DNA of 64,000 nucleotides, taken from assembly GCF_902713615.1 (NCBI RefSeq), contig NC_052162.1:71435686-71499685 (forward strand). Reading direction: 5' to 3'. A program made the position numbers and the translations under genes. Source of the DNA: Scyliorhinus canicula. Lineage: Eukaryota. Within the stretch, counting starts at the first letter, position 1, and every line of letters begins with the position of its first letter. The notes beneath the pieces are model-generated. The model searched no databases and had not been told where the DNA came from. It worked only from the letters and a program-made list of their open reading frames with translations. Shown piece after piece: positions 1 through 13,189 of this stretch.

Positions 1-882
1 CCCAGACCTTCCTGTAAATCCTGCCGAAATGTTATTAACAACCTCCGGCCCATCCAGGTACATGCGGCAATTCCGTTGGGATTGAAATTCTCACCCGCTA
101 ATGCTACCAAAGTGGCAAAAGACTATGTATCCACATCTTCTCTACTGTTGTAGCACTGTACTCCTCATGCTTCACCAGTCTATGTCTATGTATTTACATT
201 GTGTTTTTATCATACACCCTATGTTTTTCGTGTACGGAATGAACTGCCTTGACTGTACACAGAACAATACTTTTCACTTTACCTCGGTACACTTGGCAAT
301 AAATCTAAATTTGAATCGAAATCGGAATCTATCAGGTGTGTTAGAATAAGCAAGGCTCCTAATTATGCTGTAAGTAGAGGCTCCAAAAGCCATGAGGAGG
401 ATAACCGTTTGGCACGCATCCCCAATAACAACGTTCATCCGGAAAAAATATTGCACTCGTTCCACATATTTGAACTATTCATCCATACCTGCAACGAATG
501 GTTCGAGCTTCCCAATGTGTGCCATCCCTTCTGTCGGTAAAGCGCCCTCCTGACGCCTTTGCAAATTCGGCTGAGTTTGAAGAAATTGGCGCTGTCGGCA
601 GCTCCATTTTACCCTTGTCGCCAGCGTTGGATCCAAGCAGAGTGACCACAAGGAACGAATGCTTGCAGGCAAAACAAACGGTTTAATCAATTACACAACT
701 ACACTCCGCACTCACCGAAGGGTTCCGCCCACCCCGGCACACATCCATACTCGAGTTTTTAAACTGGTCAAGCTTCGCTTGTTCAGGGGAAGCCCCGCCC
801 CTTTAACGGGAAGTTCATATGATGCCGAACTCACGGGGGACCTAGCAGTCCATACCTTGTCACCTTTGTGCAGGTTATAACA
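1..882 (-). mobile_element. Gypsy LTR retrotransposon, 5' end: LTR (~625-882), PBS (~610-624), decayed gag running off the window edge
   Basis: Minus strand starts TGTTATAA at 882 and has PBS-like TGGCGACAAGGG after ~625. Gag N-terminus MAHIGKLEPF...YVERVQYFF...ILL..FGASTYSIIRSL...PD resumes as SFATLVALAGENFNP after a LINE insertion. Confidence 0.8.
122..331 (+). mobile_element. Rex1/Babar-type LINE 3' end inserted in the Gypsy gag
   Basis: 3'UTR ...CAGAACAATACTTTTCACT..ACCTCGGTACAC..GCAATAAATC plus an AAATC-like tail. Matches the 3' end of the RT-bearing copy at 12013-13020. Confidence 0.75.
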
Positions 883-1710
883 TGCTTCCAATAGGAATAC
901 GAAGCGCGCACAATTCAGTCCCAGCACCAACACGTATTGTCCCCCGAATGGAGAATTCTGACCACTATTTACTTGGTTTCACTGTCCTTCATTCACAATC
1001 TCGCTTTTACAGATTGGGTTTATTCTATTTCCTCATGTAATATTCTTCAGCTATAACTGATTCTATTAACTCCATGCAGAATATAGTCAAGAACATTTTA
1101 TTGAAATTTGACGATTTAATCAGCGATACATTCATTTCATTAATCTGTTTTATTTGTCCATAGATTGGGACAAATCTCTGGGCCTTTAACTCCCAGTGTA
1201 TTCCCTAACAGACATATCTTCCAGTCTTTGTTTGATTAATCTTTTTATAACATCACTTTGGGTTGCTTGGAGGCTCGACTTTGTTCCTGGAACAATAAGG
1301 AAAGACCTGCAGCAGAAATTTCACAAAATGGGCCACTTGGGGAAAGTTAGTTGTTCAGCAAATGTTAAATCTATTTATTTCCCCGCAGATGAAAGAAAAT
1401 TTCTTCAGCTTTATTTAAATACGATATCCGCACACGTGTGGGATGGTATGGTAATGCTACCATATACCAATGATATCCACATGAACACCCAATGGCCTTA
1501 CCAAGATGGGGCTTCAAATAATAGATCCAATACAAGTACATGAGTTAGCTCATGGCACCAGATGGCTGATGTCATGGAGAGGTTGAATGGAGACCCCTCT
1601 ATGCATGTGATCAGGACCTGTGGCAAATGGGATTGCTTACTCCTTACATGGTTAGGTCCCTGTGTAGTCAAAGGGTGATGTTATCCCTCATGATCAGAGT
1701 CCCAATGGAA

Positions 1711-2043
1711 GCAGCATGGTGGCACCGTGGTTAGCACTGCTGCCTCACAGTGCCAAGGACCTGGCTTCAATTCCAGCCTTGAGTCACTGTCTGTGTGGAG
1801 TTTGCACTTTCTCCCCGTGTCTGCGTGGGTTTCCTCTGGGTGCTCAAGTTTCCTCCCACTGTCCAAATATGTGCCAGTTAAGTGGATTCATCATGATAAA
1901 TTGCCCCTTAGTATCCAACAAAGTGGGGTTATGGGGATAGGGCAAGGAATTGGGCCTGGGGAGGGTGCTCATCCAGAGGGTCAGTGCAGACTTGATGGGC
2001 CGAATGGCCTCCTTCTGCATTGTAAGGATTCTATGGATTCTAT
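1711..2043 (+). mobile_element. HE1-type (V-SINE) tRNA-derived SINE, older copy
   Basis: A/B-box head (GTGGTTAGCACTGCTGCCTCACAG..GGCTTCAATTCC), V-core TGTGTGGAGTTTGCAC..TCTCCCCGTGTCTGCGTGGGTTTCC, CR1-like tail GGATTCTAT repeat. Confidence 0.9.
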
Positions 2044-2611
2044 GGAATGGTTTCAAAATGTCCTGTTTGAATGTTACTAGACCCCCAAAAGAGGACTAGA
2101 ATTCCACAATCCCTCAATGAGATCCATGCTGTCAGTGTTTTGATAATCATCGGCGTTAGTACCGTTAGAATGTTTGCAATAAAAAACATCCATACCTGAC
2201 TTCTCAGAATTATGGGCTTTTAGTCGCTTATTGCCTAGATCCTGCCTTCGGAATGCAGCATGCTCGCTGGAGACAAGGATTTCATATTGATTTCTAATTG
2301 CAGAGGTGAGTTGACCATTATTAATTTTTAGCCCCTTCTCCTTTGTGCTCCCACAAAGATCAAGATAACCAATTCAGTGGTGGCCAATTTGACTTAATCC
2401 AAGTTGGTCTTATGTGCATAACAAAACATAATTATAGTCATATTATGCCCCCCAGAAATGTGATCAATTACATCACCATTCAATTTTTTTTTCGTCATGA
2501 AGTTGCAACCCTATTTATAAAGTAGGAGGTTATCTTTTTCTAAAAGGTAATGTGTATCAAAAATGCAGATTTTTCTCCATCACAAGCAGCAATGTGAGTT
2601 CCAGTTTTGGC

Positions 2612-2812
2612 CTCTGGATAATCATCAATAACGGAACAGCCAACTTAGATTTTCTTGCCCCTAGCTCAAGAATGCTGAGGGTAATTGTAAAACCCTTGGC
2701 ACTACCCTGGCTGAGATCTGCTTCCTTATCACAAAACCAGAGATTGAACCAAGGACCATTCCCGGATGCATAAAGTAGTTCCACGCTGTGTAATGTATTT
2801 ATCGACCGAACC
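2612..2812 (-). mobile_element. Ancient AmnSINE2-like SINE remnant
   Basis: Minus strand GGTCCTTGGTTCAATCTCTGGTTTTGTGATAAGGAAGCAGATCTCAGCCAGGG..ACAATTACCCTCAGCA..GAGCTAGGGG..AAAATC..GATTATCCAG follows the AmnSINE2 layout as I recall it. Confidence 0.6.
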
Positions 2813-3993
2813 TGCCAGATTATCCCTGCAAGAGTTTTTTTTTAGATGTAACAAAATCCTTCTAAATAGAAATGAAATAGAATTTGAGTAAACCTGATTA
2901 TTGACCTTTGCATGATAAGTGTCCACGGTGACCCTAACGATCCAGTATAATTGATAGAGACAAAATTGAACATTTCAGACAAGCTATTTATTATTCTGTG
3001 TGGGTGTTTTTTTTTCATTGCATGCAGGTAGTTGATGGGTCACCCTCTAAATTATATGTCTTAGAAAAATAGGTAGGTAATAATTTAGCAAGCCTGCTAT
3101 TATGCAGCACCAATTTCCTCTTACACAATTCATTGGCAATTGAAAATATTACTGATAGCTTGCCATGCCCCTGGAGTAATAGTCCATTAGAATGTCTAAA
3201 AGTGGAGGAGGCCTTAGATGTACAACACTAAGTAGCCTACTGGAGACTGTTAATACATGATCACTTCTGTCACTCTCAAAGCCCTTGCAATTCCTTGGCA
3301 ATCCTTTAGAAACTGCAAATCCACCTCAGCAGTTGAACCAGGCAATCAATCATTCAGAAGCAAGGAGAGAAAGTGTTCACGGGGAGCATTAGGGAGGCAA
3401 TTAAATGACACTGTTGTGCGGAATAAGAATGGTGAGATTTCTGCTCCCTCAACTGATTTATTTTAGTCAGCATGTGTTTTGCACACATTGGAACAATTAA
3501 CCCCTCTTCATTAAGACATGGTGTGACTCTAATTTCCCTCGATTTCTTGGCAAACTGAGGTGTTCCATACCAACAACAGGATGAGATTAAAATGTGATAT
3601 ACCAGTTTAGTCACGCAATTTTCAGTTAGTCAAAATGACGGCATTGTAGCATTTGACAGCAGGGACTATTGGCACCGAGACCAAATTTCGACAAGCTAAA
3701 TATAAGTAGCAGTTTAATTGGTTTAAAAATCTGAGTTGTTGTGTGGTTTTAGGAAAAAAGCAGGAATATAAATGCAAAATTTGAGTTGAAGCTGTCATAT
3801 TATGGGGGCTATTTTCAAGATACCATAATTGTATCATCAATATTATGGGGGTTTGCTGCTGAGACATTTTTTTTCAACCATCTTGTTAAAACATCCAAAA
3901 TGGCAAAATCCAACTGCACAGAAAATCTGTTAACATACATTTTCTTTCAGAAAAAATAAAGTTTTTTTGTTGTCTTCTTTAAAATTGTTTTTC

Positions 3994-4200
3994 GGTTAGC
4001 ACCGCTGCCTCATGGCGCCGAGGGCCCGTGTTTGATCCCGGCCCCGGGTCACTGTACATGTGGAGTTTGCACAATCTCCCTGTGTATGAGTGGGTCTCAC
4101 ACCCACAATCCAATGATGTATAGGGTAGGTGCATTGGACATGCTAAATTGCCCCTTAATTGGAAAAAAATTATTGGGCATTCTAAATTTATTTTAAAAAT
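3994..4200 (+). mobile_element. HE1-type SINE, short variant
   Basis: GGTTAGCACCGCTGCCTCA head, V-core, ends GCTAAATTGCCCCTTAATTGGAAAAAAA. Confidence 0.85.
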
Positions 4201-4207
4201 ATATATA

Positions 4208-4465
4208 GGGTGGGTAAATGGATTCCAACGGCGGAATCAGGGCAGGCCGGTACCGGTTTGACACCAGTCAGGCTCCACGACCTCCAAGCCAGCATCATTG
4301 GTACGCTCGCCGCAAGCCGTTGCGACGGCATTGGCACATCATTGGCCGGCCTACCGATGGGCCAAGTTCCATCCCCGATGGGCCAAGTTCCCAACAGCAC
4401 GGGCCACGAGTGGTCCCAACAGTCAGAAAACCGGCGTGCCCGCTGCAAACAGTGTCCAGTGCCAC
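4208..4465. mobile_element. Harbinger-MITE remnant
   Basis: GC-rich. GGGCCAAGTTCCCAAC resembles GGGCCGAGTTCCCAAC in the MITE at ~21540. Internal duplication of CCGATGGGCCAAGTTCC. Confidence 0.5.
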
Positions 4466-5085
4466 CATACAATGCCGAGACATTGACATCATAATTCTTT
4501 GCAAGATCGATAGATCAGACGATGGACAAATTAAAGGACGTAGAGGCGGTTATACGTCTTCTGGAAAGAAAAGTCATGAGAAGAACGCAGAATTCATAGA
4601 GTTGTCTTTTCTATCAAAAACAAATTCATGAAGGGATTCTACCCATCACATGTTAAAATTAATGAGAATATCATCACACTTTACCTTAAGCTCAAAGGCA
4701 AACAATCTGCCACCCTCATCGGTGCTTCGGAAACAAACTTGAATTCTGAGGATGAAGTGAAAGAAACCTTCTTTCCAACCTGGAAGCAACTCTGGCAGCT
4801 ATACCGTCACAAGATCATATTTTTCAGTCATTTCAATACCTAGATGGGGGACAACCATTGCACTTGACCGAATACCATTAGAAAGCTTGAAGTTGGAAAA
4901 TCTGATCCCAAATGTGTAATCTGTCTCACCCTGAACACTGAAAGCAATCCTATCATCATTAACAGCTTCCTTGCGAAAAGAAATTCAAGTCAGCTTGGCA
5001 AAATCCAAGATTAAAACAGTCGCAACTAATAGTCCATGGATGGTCAGGACCAGGGTTCGTAAATATGTGCATATTACACATTGGG
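4466..5085 (+). mobile_element. Decayed RTE-clade LINE, AP-endonuclease domain
   Basis: Translations DIDIIIL..DDGQIK.R.GGYT, INENIITLYLKLKGKQSATLIGA...SEDEVKETF, KIIFFSHFN and SWQNPR follow the RTE endonuclease motifs. Frameshifts and stops present. Confidence 0.75.
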
Positions 5086-5789
5086 CTGTAACTTTCAATG
5101 GGGTGACAATTGAGTCAGATTTCCATGTCACTTGAAAGTTTTTACCTTGAAATCCAAGCGATCCTATCTCGCTCAATTTTCCGACTCAAACCGGGAAGAT
5201 AACTTTGTGTAGCAGTGAAGTAAGCCATGTCCCATTTTTTAAGGCACAATCTGTCATGTGGTTGGAGGGAGTCCCCTGTGGGATTGGTGTGGGACTGTAG
5301 AATCTTTACTCAGAAGCTAAAAGTGATTTTAATTCTTCAAACTTTTATTCTACGAAACGATTGATGTAACACAGTTGGAAGCATGAAAAGTTTCCAACTT
5401 AAATCACATTTTCAGTTTGTTCACATTGCAGGACAATTGTCCAGAGGAAGTTTGCACTTCCCAGGCAATTTTTGTGCAAACCTTAGCTCAAAAAGGTCTT
5501 GTTGGAAGGGGGGCATTCCCCAGCACATATTTAGTGTAACAGCCAAATACAATGCTTTGGAATTCAATTATGGCCGATTCTTATTTGCAGAGTATCTATT
5601 TAGTCATTATTGCTTGTGCTTGTGCTCAAATCTATTTAGTGAAGGTTCCTTTGGTGTTGCAATTTAATCTTGGAGTCCTCTTATTGATTTCTTTACCATT
5701 GGTTCTTCCACACCTTATATTTTTTAAATCATTATGGTCTATCAAGCCAGACCCTAACACGGATCTGGCATGTCCAGTGTTCTCACAAC

Positions 5790-5990
5790 TGGGGCTGGTT
5801 TAGTTCACTGGGCTAAATCACTGGCTTTTAAAGCAGACCAAGCAGGCCAACAGCAGGGTTCGATTCCCGTACCAGCCCCCCCCCCCCCCCGGACAGGCAC
5901 CGGAATGTGGCGACTAGGGGCTTTTCACAGTAACTTCATTGAAGCCTACTCGTGACAATAAGCGATTTTAATTTCATTTTTTCATTTTTC
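5790..5990 (+). mobile_element. Second tRNA-derived SINE family ('family B') inserted in the outer 5' LTR
   Basis: GGGGCTGGTTTAG..CTGGGCTAAA..GGTTCGATTCC head, tail GTGACAATAAGCGATTTT plus CATTT repeats, TSD CAACTG. Sister copies at 16649-16839 and 61745-61908. Confidence 0.8.
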
Positions 5991-6779
5991 AACTGGGATC
6001 ATAACAAATTTATGATCCTGGCAGGATCTAAAATCCATATATCCTGATGGAATTATGGACGCCATAAATCTAAGTGGGATTGTTGAATCTATAGAGCAAG
6101 GCCACAGATCAGCCATGATCTCATTAAATGGTGGTACAGGCTCGAGGGGCTGAATGGTCTACTCCTGTTCCCATGTTCCTAAGGCGAGTGAGTGAACATA
6201 CAGTGAAATTAAGTGAAAACAATTTCATGGTGAATTTTGCTACACTTATTGGACAAAAAAATAGACTTGTCAGTTGCTGAAATTTTTCTGGAAGAAGGAA
6301 GGTCTATCCCTGAGTAATTCGCAAACAATAGACAAGGTTAGCTTAATGGCATTTGCAAACAAGCTAGAGCTAGAATTAAAAGCAAGGGCTAAGATAGATG
6401 ACATGATTGAGATAATAGCATAGCATTTGGAATTGGAAGAAGGGGAAGTTAATCCAGACAGTAAGATTGTCCAATTGCAGATGAAGTAGCTTGAGATAGA
6501 ACGAAATAACGAAACCCAAAGACTCCTACTGGAAAAAGAAAGAGGAATGAAAAAGCTTGAACTGAAAAAAATAAAGGGAGAAAAAATGCAGACAGACTGA
6601 ACGAGGTAAAGAAATGCTGAGAATATGGGGTGAAAGAAAGTCCAGTAGTTTGGATGATGAGCTTTGATATAACAAAAGTTCTTTGCCTCACAACTAAGTT
6701 AATTGAAGATGGACTTGAAAAGATATTTGATCTCATTCGAGAAGGTGACTACAAGGTTTAAGTGGCCAAAATACACATC

Positions 6780-8020
6780 AGCCTGGATTTTCACCTACTC
6801 AGAAGCCCTTTAAAAATGGCGAAAAGTCTTGATTTGTGGATGGCCAGCCACAATTCTAGGCTCTGTGATTTTTGGGAGTGCATGTCAAAGATGTTGGTTG
6901 CTTCTGTCAGCAGCCCACATCTGGCATAACTGACCTGGCCCAGCTCCATTGCAGAGATAACTATTTCCTACTCGTCCAAAATTTCATGTATTCGGACCAG
7001 GATTTTAAAAACTTCATGGCTCCTTAAAGGTGTCCTAAATCCAAGTGTACATGAGGGGACCTTTTAAAAGGTAAGTACAAAAGGACCCCTCATATCCTTA
7101 TGCTTAGCTATGCCTCATCCACCACCAATTACCCCCCCTCAGACCCCTCATGTCAGGCTCTGCCCTTCCACTCAGCCCTGAACACTTGGCTGAGAGCTCC
7201 GGCATCCATTTGAATAATGATACACCTGCTCTACAGTGTAAAATGTGTTTGATTGACAGCTCTGACCTCTGCGGTGAATTTCACTATGTGTATTTACAAG
7301 TCACCAAACCTGTTCCACTTGGTGCAATCTGGATCTCACCCTCACTAGGTGAAATCCAGATCTGAATATATAAATGAGCTTAATGACTCATTTAAATATC
7401 TGGACACCGGATTCACCCTACACCCGCGAGTCCTCGCTAAGGCATTGTTTAGGACTGGTCCACGCAAACGTAGAACAGACATAACGGCACCTCGGGGAGG
7501 GGGGGTTCTCCAAGGACAGTGGAGGCACGTATGTGGTCAGGGACAAAGGGTGGCAACCTGGCACTCCCACTGGTACCTGGGCATCCTTGCACTGCCAGCC
7601 TGGCACATTGGAAGTGTCATCCTAGCATTGCAAAAGTGCCAGGGTGGCATGCTTGCAGTGCCAGGTGCCCAGGTGCTGGGTTGGCACTAGCAGGGGTTGC
7701 GTCTGTGGAGCCCTTGCCAAGTAGAGGAGGGAGGGTAAAGAGGGGTTCCCGGAGGCTTCCCCAAGTTTGGGATTTGGGGGGATCACCAAAGCAGGGGGAG
7801 ATGTTTGAGGCTGCCGGACAAAATGGCACCCTGATCTACAAAATGCCTTTCCTGCCAGACAACATATCGCCCCAATCTGCGAAAAGCCATTCAGTTCACC
7901 AGCAGGAAATCCTTCTAAGTATGTCCTCAGCGGAGAAAAAAGTGCCGCCGTTGGATAGCCGGATGTTTCTTGGTGCTGCCACCGCCATGAAACAACCCGC
8001 TAAACGTGCCTGACAGCGGA
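6780..8020. mobile_element. Old Harbinger-like MITE inside the outer Gypsy
   Basis: Starts GCCTGGATTTTC, has a GC-rich GGCACTGCCA/TGGCAGTGCC-type interior shared with elements at 35198 and 40480, and interrupts gag-pol. Confidence 0.55.
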
Positions 8021-8029
8021 CTTTAACTT

Positions 8030-9370
8030 CAATTTATGTCTTCCAGGGTCAAACGTTATGTCACAGATTTTTAAAGAAAGCATGAGTAGCTTGGGGATAA
8101 AACAGTTTAAGTTTTCAACATGCCATCCACAATCACAAGGAGAATTGGAAATGTGGAATCAAATCTTGCAGACCATGATTAGGGCCTATTGTCAAGAATG
8201 TTTGGACAATTTGGATAAGGGGATTCCATTCTTATCATTTGCCATCCAAGTTGCACCCAGTAAATCAACGTGGTTCAGTCCTTTTGAGTTAATACATGGA
8301 CATTTTTAGAAGGATTTTTTAGAAGGATGAGAGGGGATTTTATACAAACATATAAAATTATGAAGGGAATAGATAGGATAGATAGATAGGATAGGCACTG
8401 TCTGTGCGGAGTCTGCACGTCCCCCCCCCCGTGTGTGCGTGGGTTTCCTCCGGGTGCTCCGGTTTCCTCCCACAGTCCAAAGATGTGCGGGTTAGGTGGA
8501 TTGGCCATGCTAAATTGCCCGTAGTGTCCTAAAAAGGTAAGGTTAAGGGGGGGGGGGTTGTTGGGTTACGGGTATAGGGTGGATACGTGGGTTTGAGTAG
8601 GGTGATCATGGCTCGGCACAACATCGAGGGCCGAAGGGCCTGTTCTGTGCTGTACTGTTCTATGTTCTATGTAGCTGCGGGCGGGTTGTTTCCACTGGCG
8701 GGTGAAAGCAGAACTAAGGGGCATAGCCTCAAAATAAGAAGAAATAGATTTAGGACTGCATTTAGGAGGAACTTCTTCACCCACAGGGTTGTGAATCTAT
8801 GGAATTCCTTGCCGAGTGAGGCTCCTTCATTAAATTTTTTTAAGATAAAGATAGATAGCTTTTTGAAGAATAACGGGATTAAGGGTTATGGTGTTCGGGC
8901 CGGAAAGTAGAGCTGAGTCTACAAAAGAGCAGCCATGATCTGATTGAATGGCGGAGCAGGCTCGAGGGGCCAGATGGCCAACTCTGCTCCTAGTTTTTAT
9001 GTTCTTATGACATGAAGTGAGCGGACCATTAAAACCTTTTCAGGAGAAATTTATAAATCAAGTATCAGAAACTACTTTTTCAGCCGATATGTCCAAATTG
9101 CAGGTGAGATTATTAAAGCATGTGAAGGAGTGAAGAAACATTTCAAAGTTTCCCAATGAATAATGAAAGACCGAGACAGAACAGCTGAAAGATTGAAATT
9201 TTAAACCTGGACATATAGTATTAGTGTTTCTGCCTTTACCAGATGAAACTCTAATGACAAGGTTTAGTGGACATTATCATCTTAAAAAGAGACTTAATCA
9301 GACAAATTATGTGATTAGCACATCAGATAGAAGGAAAAAAAATTAATGAGTGTATCATGTTAATATTATA
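8030..9370 (+). pseudogene. Integrase of the outer Gmr1-type Gypsy (interrupted 8310-9010)
   Basis: ORF 8058-8309 MSQIFKESMSSLGIKQFKFSTCHPQSQGELE...QTMIRAYC...DKGIPFLSFA...STWFSPFELIHGH. A later F.PG..VLV.LP...RFSGHY segment is GPY/F-like. Confidence 0.8.
8310..9010 (+). mobile_element. CR1 LINE 3' end containing a 5'-truncated young HE1 SINE (8393-8670)
   Basis: SRTKGHSLKI...FR...RRNFFTHRVVNLWNSLP is the CR1 ORF2 C-terminus. HE1 core and TTCTATG tail lie inside it. Confidence 0.9.
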
Positions 9371-10665
9371 ATATTAGTCAGGAGAAGAATTTATTCAGAG
9401 TAGTCGGGGTGGCAAAGAGTAAGATGAACGAATCGGGGAATTTCAATGAGGAATCTGGATGGTGTTGAGCTTCTTGAGTGTTGTTGGAGCTGCACTCATT
9501 CAGGCAAGTGGGGAGTATTCCATCACACTCCTGACTTGTGTCTTGTATTTAATAGAATTCTTAGTCTCTGACTCGCTCTTATAGACACAGTATTTGTATT
9601 GCTAGTCTAGTTCTGTTTTTGGTCTATGGTAACACCCACGTTGTTGATGGTGGGAAATTCAGCAATTATAATGCCATTCAATGTCAAGTGTGACGATTGG
9701 AAGATGTTAGGAAAGTTGGATTGCAAATGAGTGGGCAATTTAAGAGTTAAAAGCCTGGGGGTATTACATTTGACTGCAATGGTCAGAGTTTTATAATGGA
9801 TTTTGTTTTGCTTCTGGGGAATAGCACGTGAAATTGATGAAGGATGTGTTTTTCAGTTTAGTTTAATGGGCTGTGTTTTCACTGAGGAGGTCCCTGGGGA
9901 ATTAATGTGCTTTTGAAGCCTGCAAGAGGTCATTTGTTTTTTAGCTTGGGGAGATGAGATTATTGCGGAGTGGAGCCCAGAAAGGCTAAGAGGCAATGAG
10001 TTTGGAGGACCTTTGAGAGAGAGGGGAGCTGATTTATGATCTGCCTGACTCTGAGTCCTCAATTCTTTCCAAGTAGGATAGCTAAACAAAAAAGAGAAAT
10101 AAAATTTTAAAGCAGAGCAATCTTATCTGAAAACAAGGAAGAGGCTGAAACAACCTAGTAGAAACAGCTATTTAAAGATATTCAGCCAGAGTCTGAAGGA
10201 GTTCTAACCAGAGGCAAATCTGTTTTATAAAGCAAGTATTACTCTATGCCCTGCTAATTTAAAGATGGATTAAGAGCTGTATGTTTCTTTCCTCGTTGTT
10301 TAATAGGAAATTGTATTGTTGTATATTTTCTTTTCAGTTGTGAAATTAGAAGTTTAATATTGCATTCATAATAGAGTTTTGTTTCAGAAATGCCAAAGCC
10401 CTATTTTTTTCATGAAGTCACTTCTGACGCAAATCATTCTTTCCGCACAGCCTTAAAATAAACTAAAATATTGTTTTGATCCAGTGTCCTCACCTTTGTT
10501 CTGGTATTGGTTTGGGATCGTAATGAAATTAGGGGCTTGCCCAGTATCGGGATCTTAAGTATAATTCCTCATTTGGTTTGGGGCTATTGAACTTCAAGGA
10601 AGTGAGTGTGTGTGGAGTGATTGCGTTATTTCAGATTTTGAAATTTTAATAGGGAGTGGTGGGAA

Positions 10666-11960
10666 ATGTTTTATTCAGTTGCAAAGATTTTCCTGAATGT
10701 GGAAGTGATTACTTGGGATGGTTTACAATGGGAGATTAAAGCAAAATCTTTGGTTTGGTGGATAAGCTAAAGTTAACCTTATCAAAAGGGGTGTGCAAAG
10801 TAGAGATAATACATGCCCTAGCTCAATATTTAAATTTGCCAGCGACAAGTCTGAATCATTAGAATTAGCTGGAATTCAATTCCAAATAGAAATGAAAAAT
10901 TGGAAATAGAAGCAAAGGAAAAGGAGAGATTGGCAATGGCAGAAGATAAGGAGAAAGAGAGAGCAGAAAAGGAAAAAGAGAAGGCAGAAAAGGAAAAAGA
11001 GAAGGCTTTTCATGGACAGGAGAAAGATTGAGGTAGAAATGGAAAGATTAGCAAAAGAATAAAGGGATAAGGAGAGAGAGAATTTTTATTTCAGAAACTG
11101 GCACTGCAAGGAGAACATAAACATAAAAGGTAGAAGTTAAAGGCAGAAGCCGAGGAAGGCTTAGTAGAAGAAGAACGTCTGAGTCAAAAGTTTAGTGGGG
11201 GAAAGTTTGAATATATTCAAGCACTACCAAGATTTTATGAGAAAGATGTGGAAGCCTTTTTCATCTCATTTGAGAAAGTTGGTAAACAATTGAATTGGCC
11301 AAATTCCATGTGAGTTGTGTTGGTTCAAACGACGTTGGTGGGTAGAGTTAGTGAAATGTTTACAACACTATCAGAGAAGGTATCGAGGGATTATGATGAG
11401 GTGAGGTAAACTACATTGAGTGCGTATTAACTACTGCCAGAAGCCTACAGGCAAAACTTTACAAATCTAATGAAAGATGAGGTCAGACACATATAATTTG
11501 AAAAGCTTAAACAAAATAATTTAACAGGTGGATAAGTGCATTAAACATATACCAAACGTTTGACACTCTCAGGGAAATAATTGTTTTTGAGGAATTTAAA
11601 GGTTAACTTCCCACAGTAGTGAAAACTCATGTGGAATAACAAAGAGTTAAACAACTAAATAGGCCACAGAAAGGCCGATGATTTTGAATTGGTTCATAAA
11701 ACAAAGTTTGGTTTTCAACATCAATTTCAATCTGTGAAGGATAGAAACTGGGGAAATGAAAAATTCACAGGTGGTTAATGCAAAGGTTCAGTTGGTGATG
11801 TCAAGGAGTGTGTGCCTCAGAGTAAGAAGAAAACCTATGATAATGGTGGAGAAATAAGAAAATGCAAGTGTTTTCATTGCAACAAAGATGAACATGTGAA
11901 GTTGTAGTGTCGGTGGCTTGAGAAAAGTACTGGGGAGACAGACTCAGTAAAACCAGATAG
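10666..11960 (+). pseudogene. Decayed gag of the inner element (E/K-rich coil, SCAN-like capsid region, zinc knuckle)
   Basis: ALPRFYEKDVEAFFISFEKVGKQLNWP, LLPEAYRQNF, LREIIVFEEFK and KCFHCNKDEHVKL*C, with several stops. Confidence 0.8.
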
Positions 11961-12012
11961 GATAATGGTGTTTATCAAAGTGGGAGGAAAAACCATTGTT
12001 CCAGTGGAAGAA

Positions 12013-13020
12013 TTTGGATTGGATTTGATTGTTGTCCGTGTACCGAGCTACAGTTAAAAGTATTGTTCTACATACAGTCCAGACAGATTATTCCATATAT
12101 GAAAAATAAACATACATAAATACACAAGGTATAGATTGACACATGGATCAGGTGAATCATACAGGAGTGCAGTACTATTTAGTGGAGAAGATGTGTGAAG
12201 AGATTAGATCAGTCCATAAGAGGGTCATTTATGAGTCGGATGACAGTGGGGAAGAAGCTGTTTTTAATCTGTTAGTGCATGTTCTCAGACTTCTGCACTT
12301 AATGCCCGATGCAAGAAGTTGGAAGAGTGAATAACCTGGGTGGGAGCTGTCTTTGATTATGGTGCCCATTTTGCCAAGGCATTGGGAGATGTAGACAGAG
12401 GAATGGATGGGAGGCGGGTTTGCATGATGGACGGCACTGTGTTCATGACACTCTAATTTGTTACGGTCTTGGGTCAAGCAGTTGCCATACCAGGCTGTGA
12501 TGCAGCCATATAGGATTCTTTCTATGGTGCATCTGTAAAAGTTGGTAAGAGTCAATGTGGACATGCTGAATTTCATTAGTTTCCTGAGGAAGTATAGGCA
12601 CAGTTGTGCTTTCCTGGTCGACGTGGGTGGACCACGACAGATTGTTAGTGATGTGCACACCTAGGAATTTGAAGCTGTCAACCATCTCAACCTCGGCACC
12701 ACTGATGAAGAAGGGAGTGTGTACGATACTTTGCTTCCTGAAATCAATGACCAGCTCTTTAGTTTTTCTGACATTGAGGGAGAGATTGTTGTCATTACAC
12801 CACTCCACTAGGTTCTCTATCTCTCTGCCATACTCTGACTCACTACAGTAAACTTGTAGATGGAGTTGGAGCCAAATTTTTCCACACAGTCATGTGTGTG
12901 TATAAGGTGTACAGCAGGGGGCTAAGTACGCAGCTTTACGGGGCCCAGTATTGAGGGCAATTGTGGAGGAGGTGTTGTTGTTGTTTATCCTTACTGATTG
13001 TGGCCTATGGGTCAGAAAGT
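12013..13020 (-). mobile_element. Rex1/Babar LINE, 5'-truncated (RT C-terminus and 3'UTR)
   Basis: WCNDNNLSLNVRKTKELVIDFRK...VDSFKFLGVHITNNLSWS and KAQLCLYFLRKL...FYRCTIE.IL.GCITAWYGNC...HPGYSLFQLL.SG. Confidence 0.92.
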
Positions 13021-13189
13021 GAACTTGCTCAGGAGCTCCAGCATACCAGCAGTCATCTGCATGAGCGAGAAAGGAGTGGCAACAACTTCAACAATAGTTT
13101 GCAATGCAAGAAAATGCAGGAACTGTGGTGCTCCAAGAGCAGTCCAATTCCAGTCATGGGTGTGACACAGGAGGTGATGATACTCGTAT

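Noticed and set aside
2557-2784. 75-aa hydrophobic ORF
   Set aside because: Overlaps the AmnSINE2-like relic.
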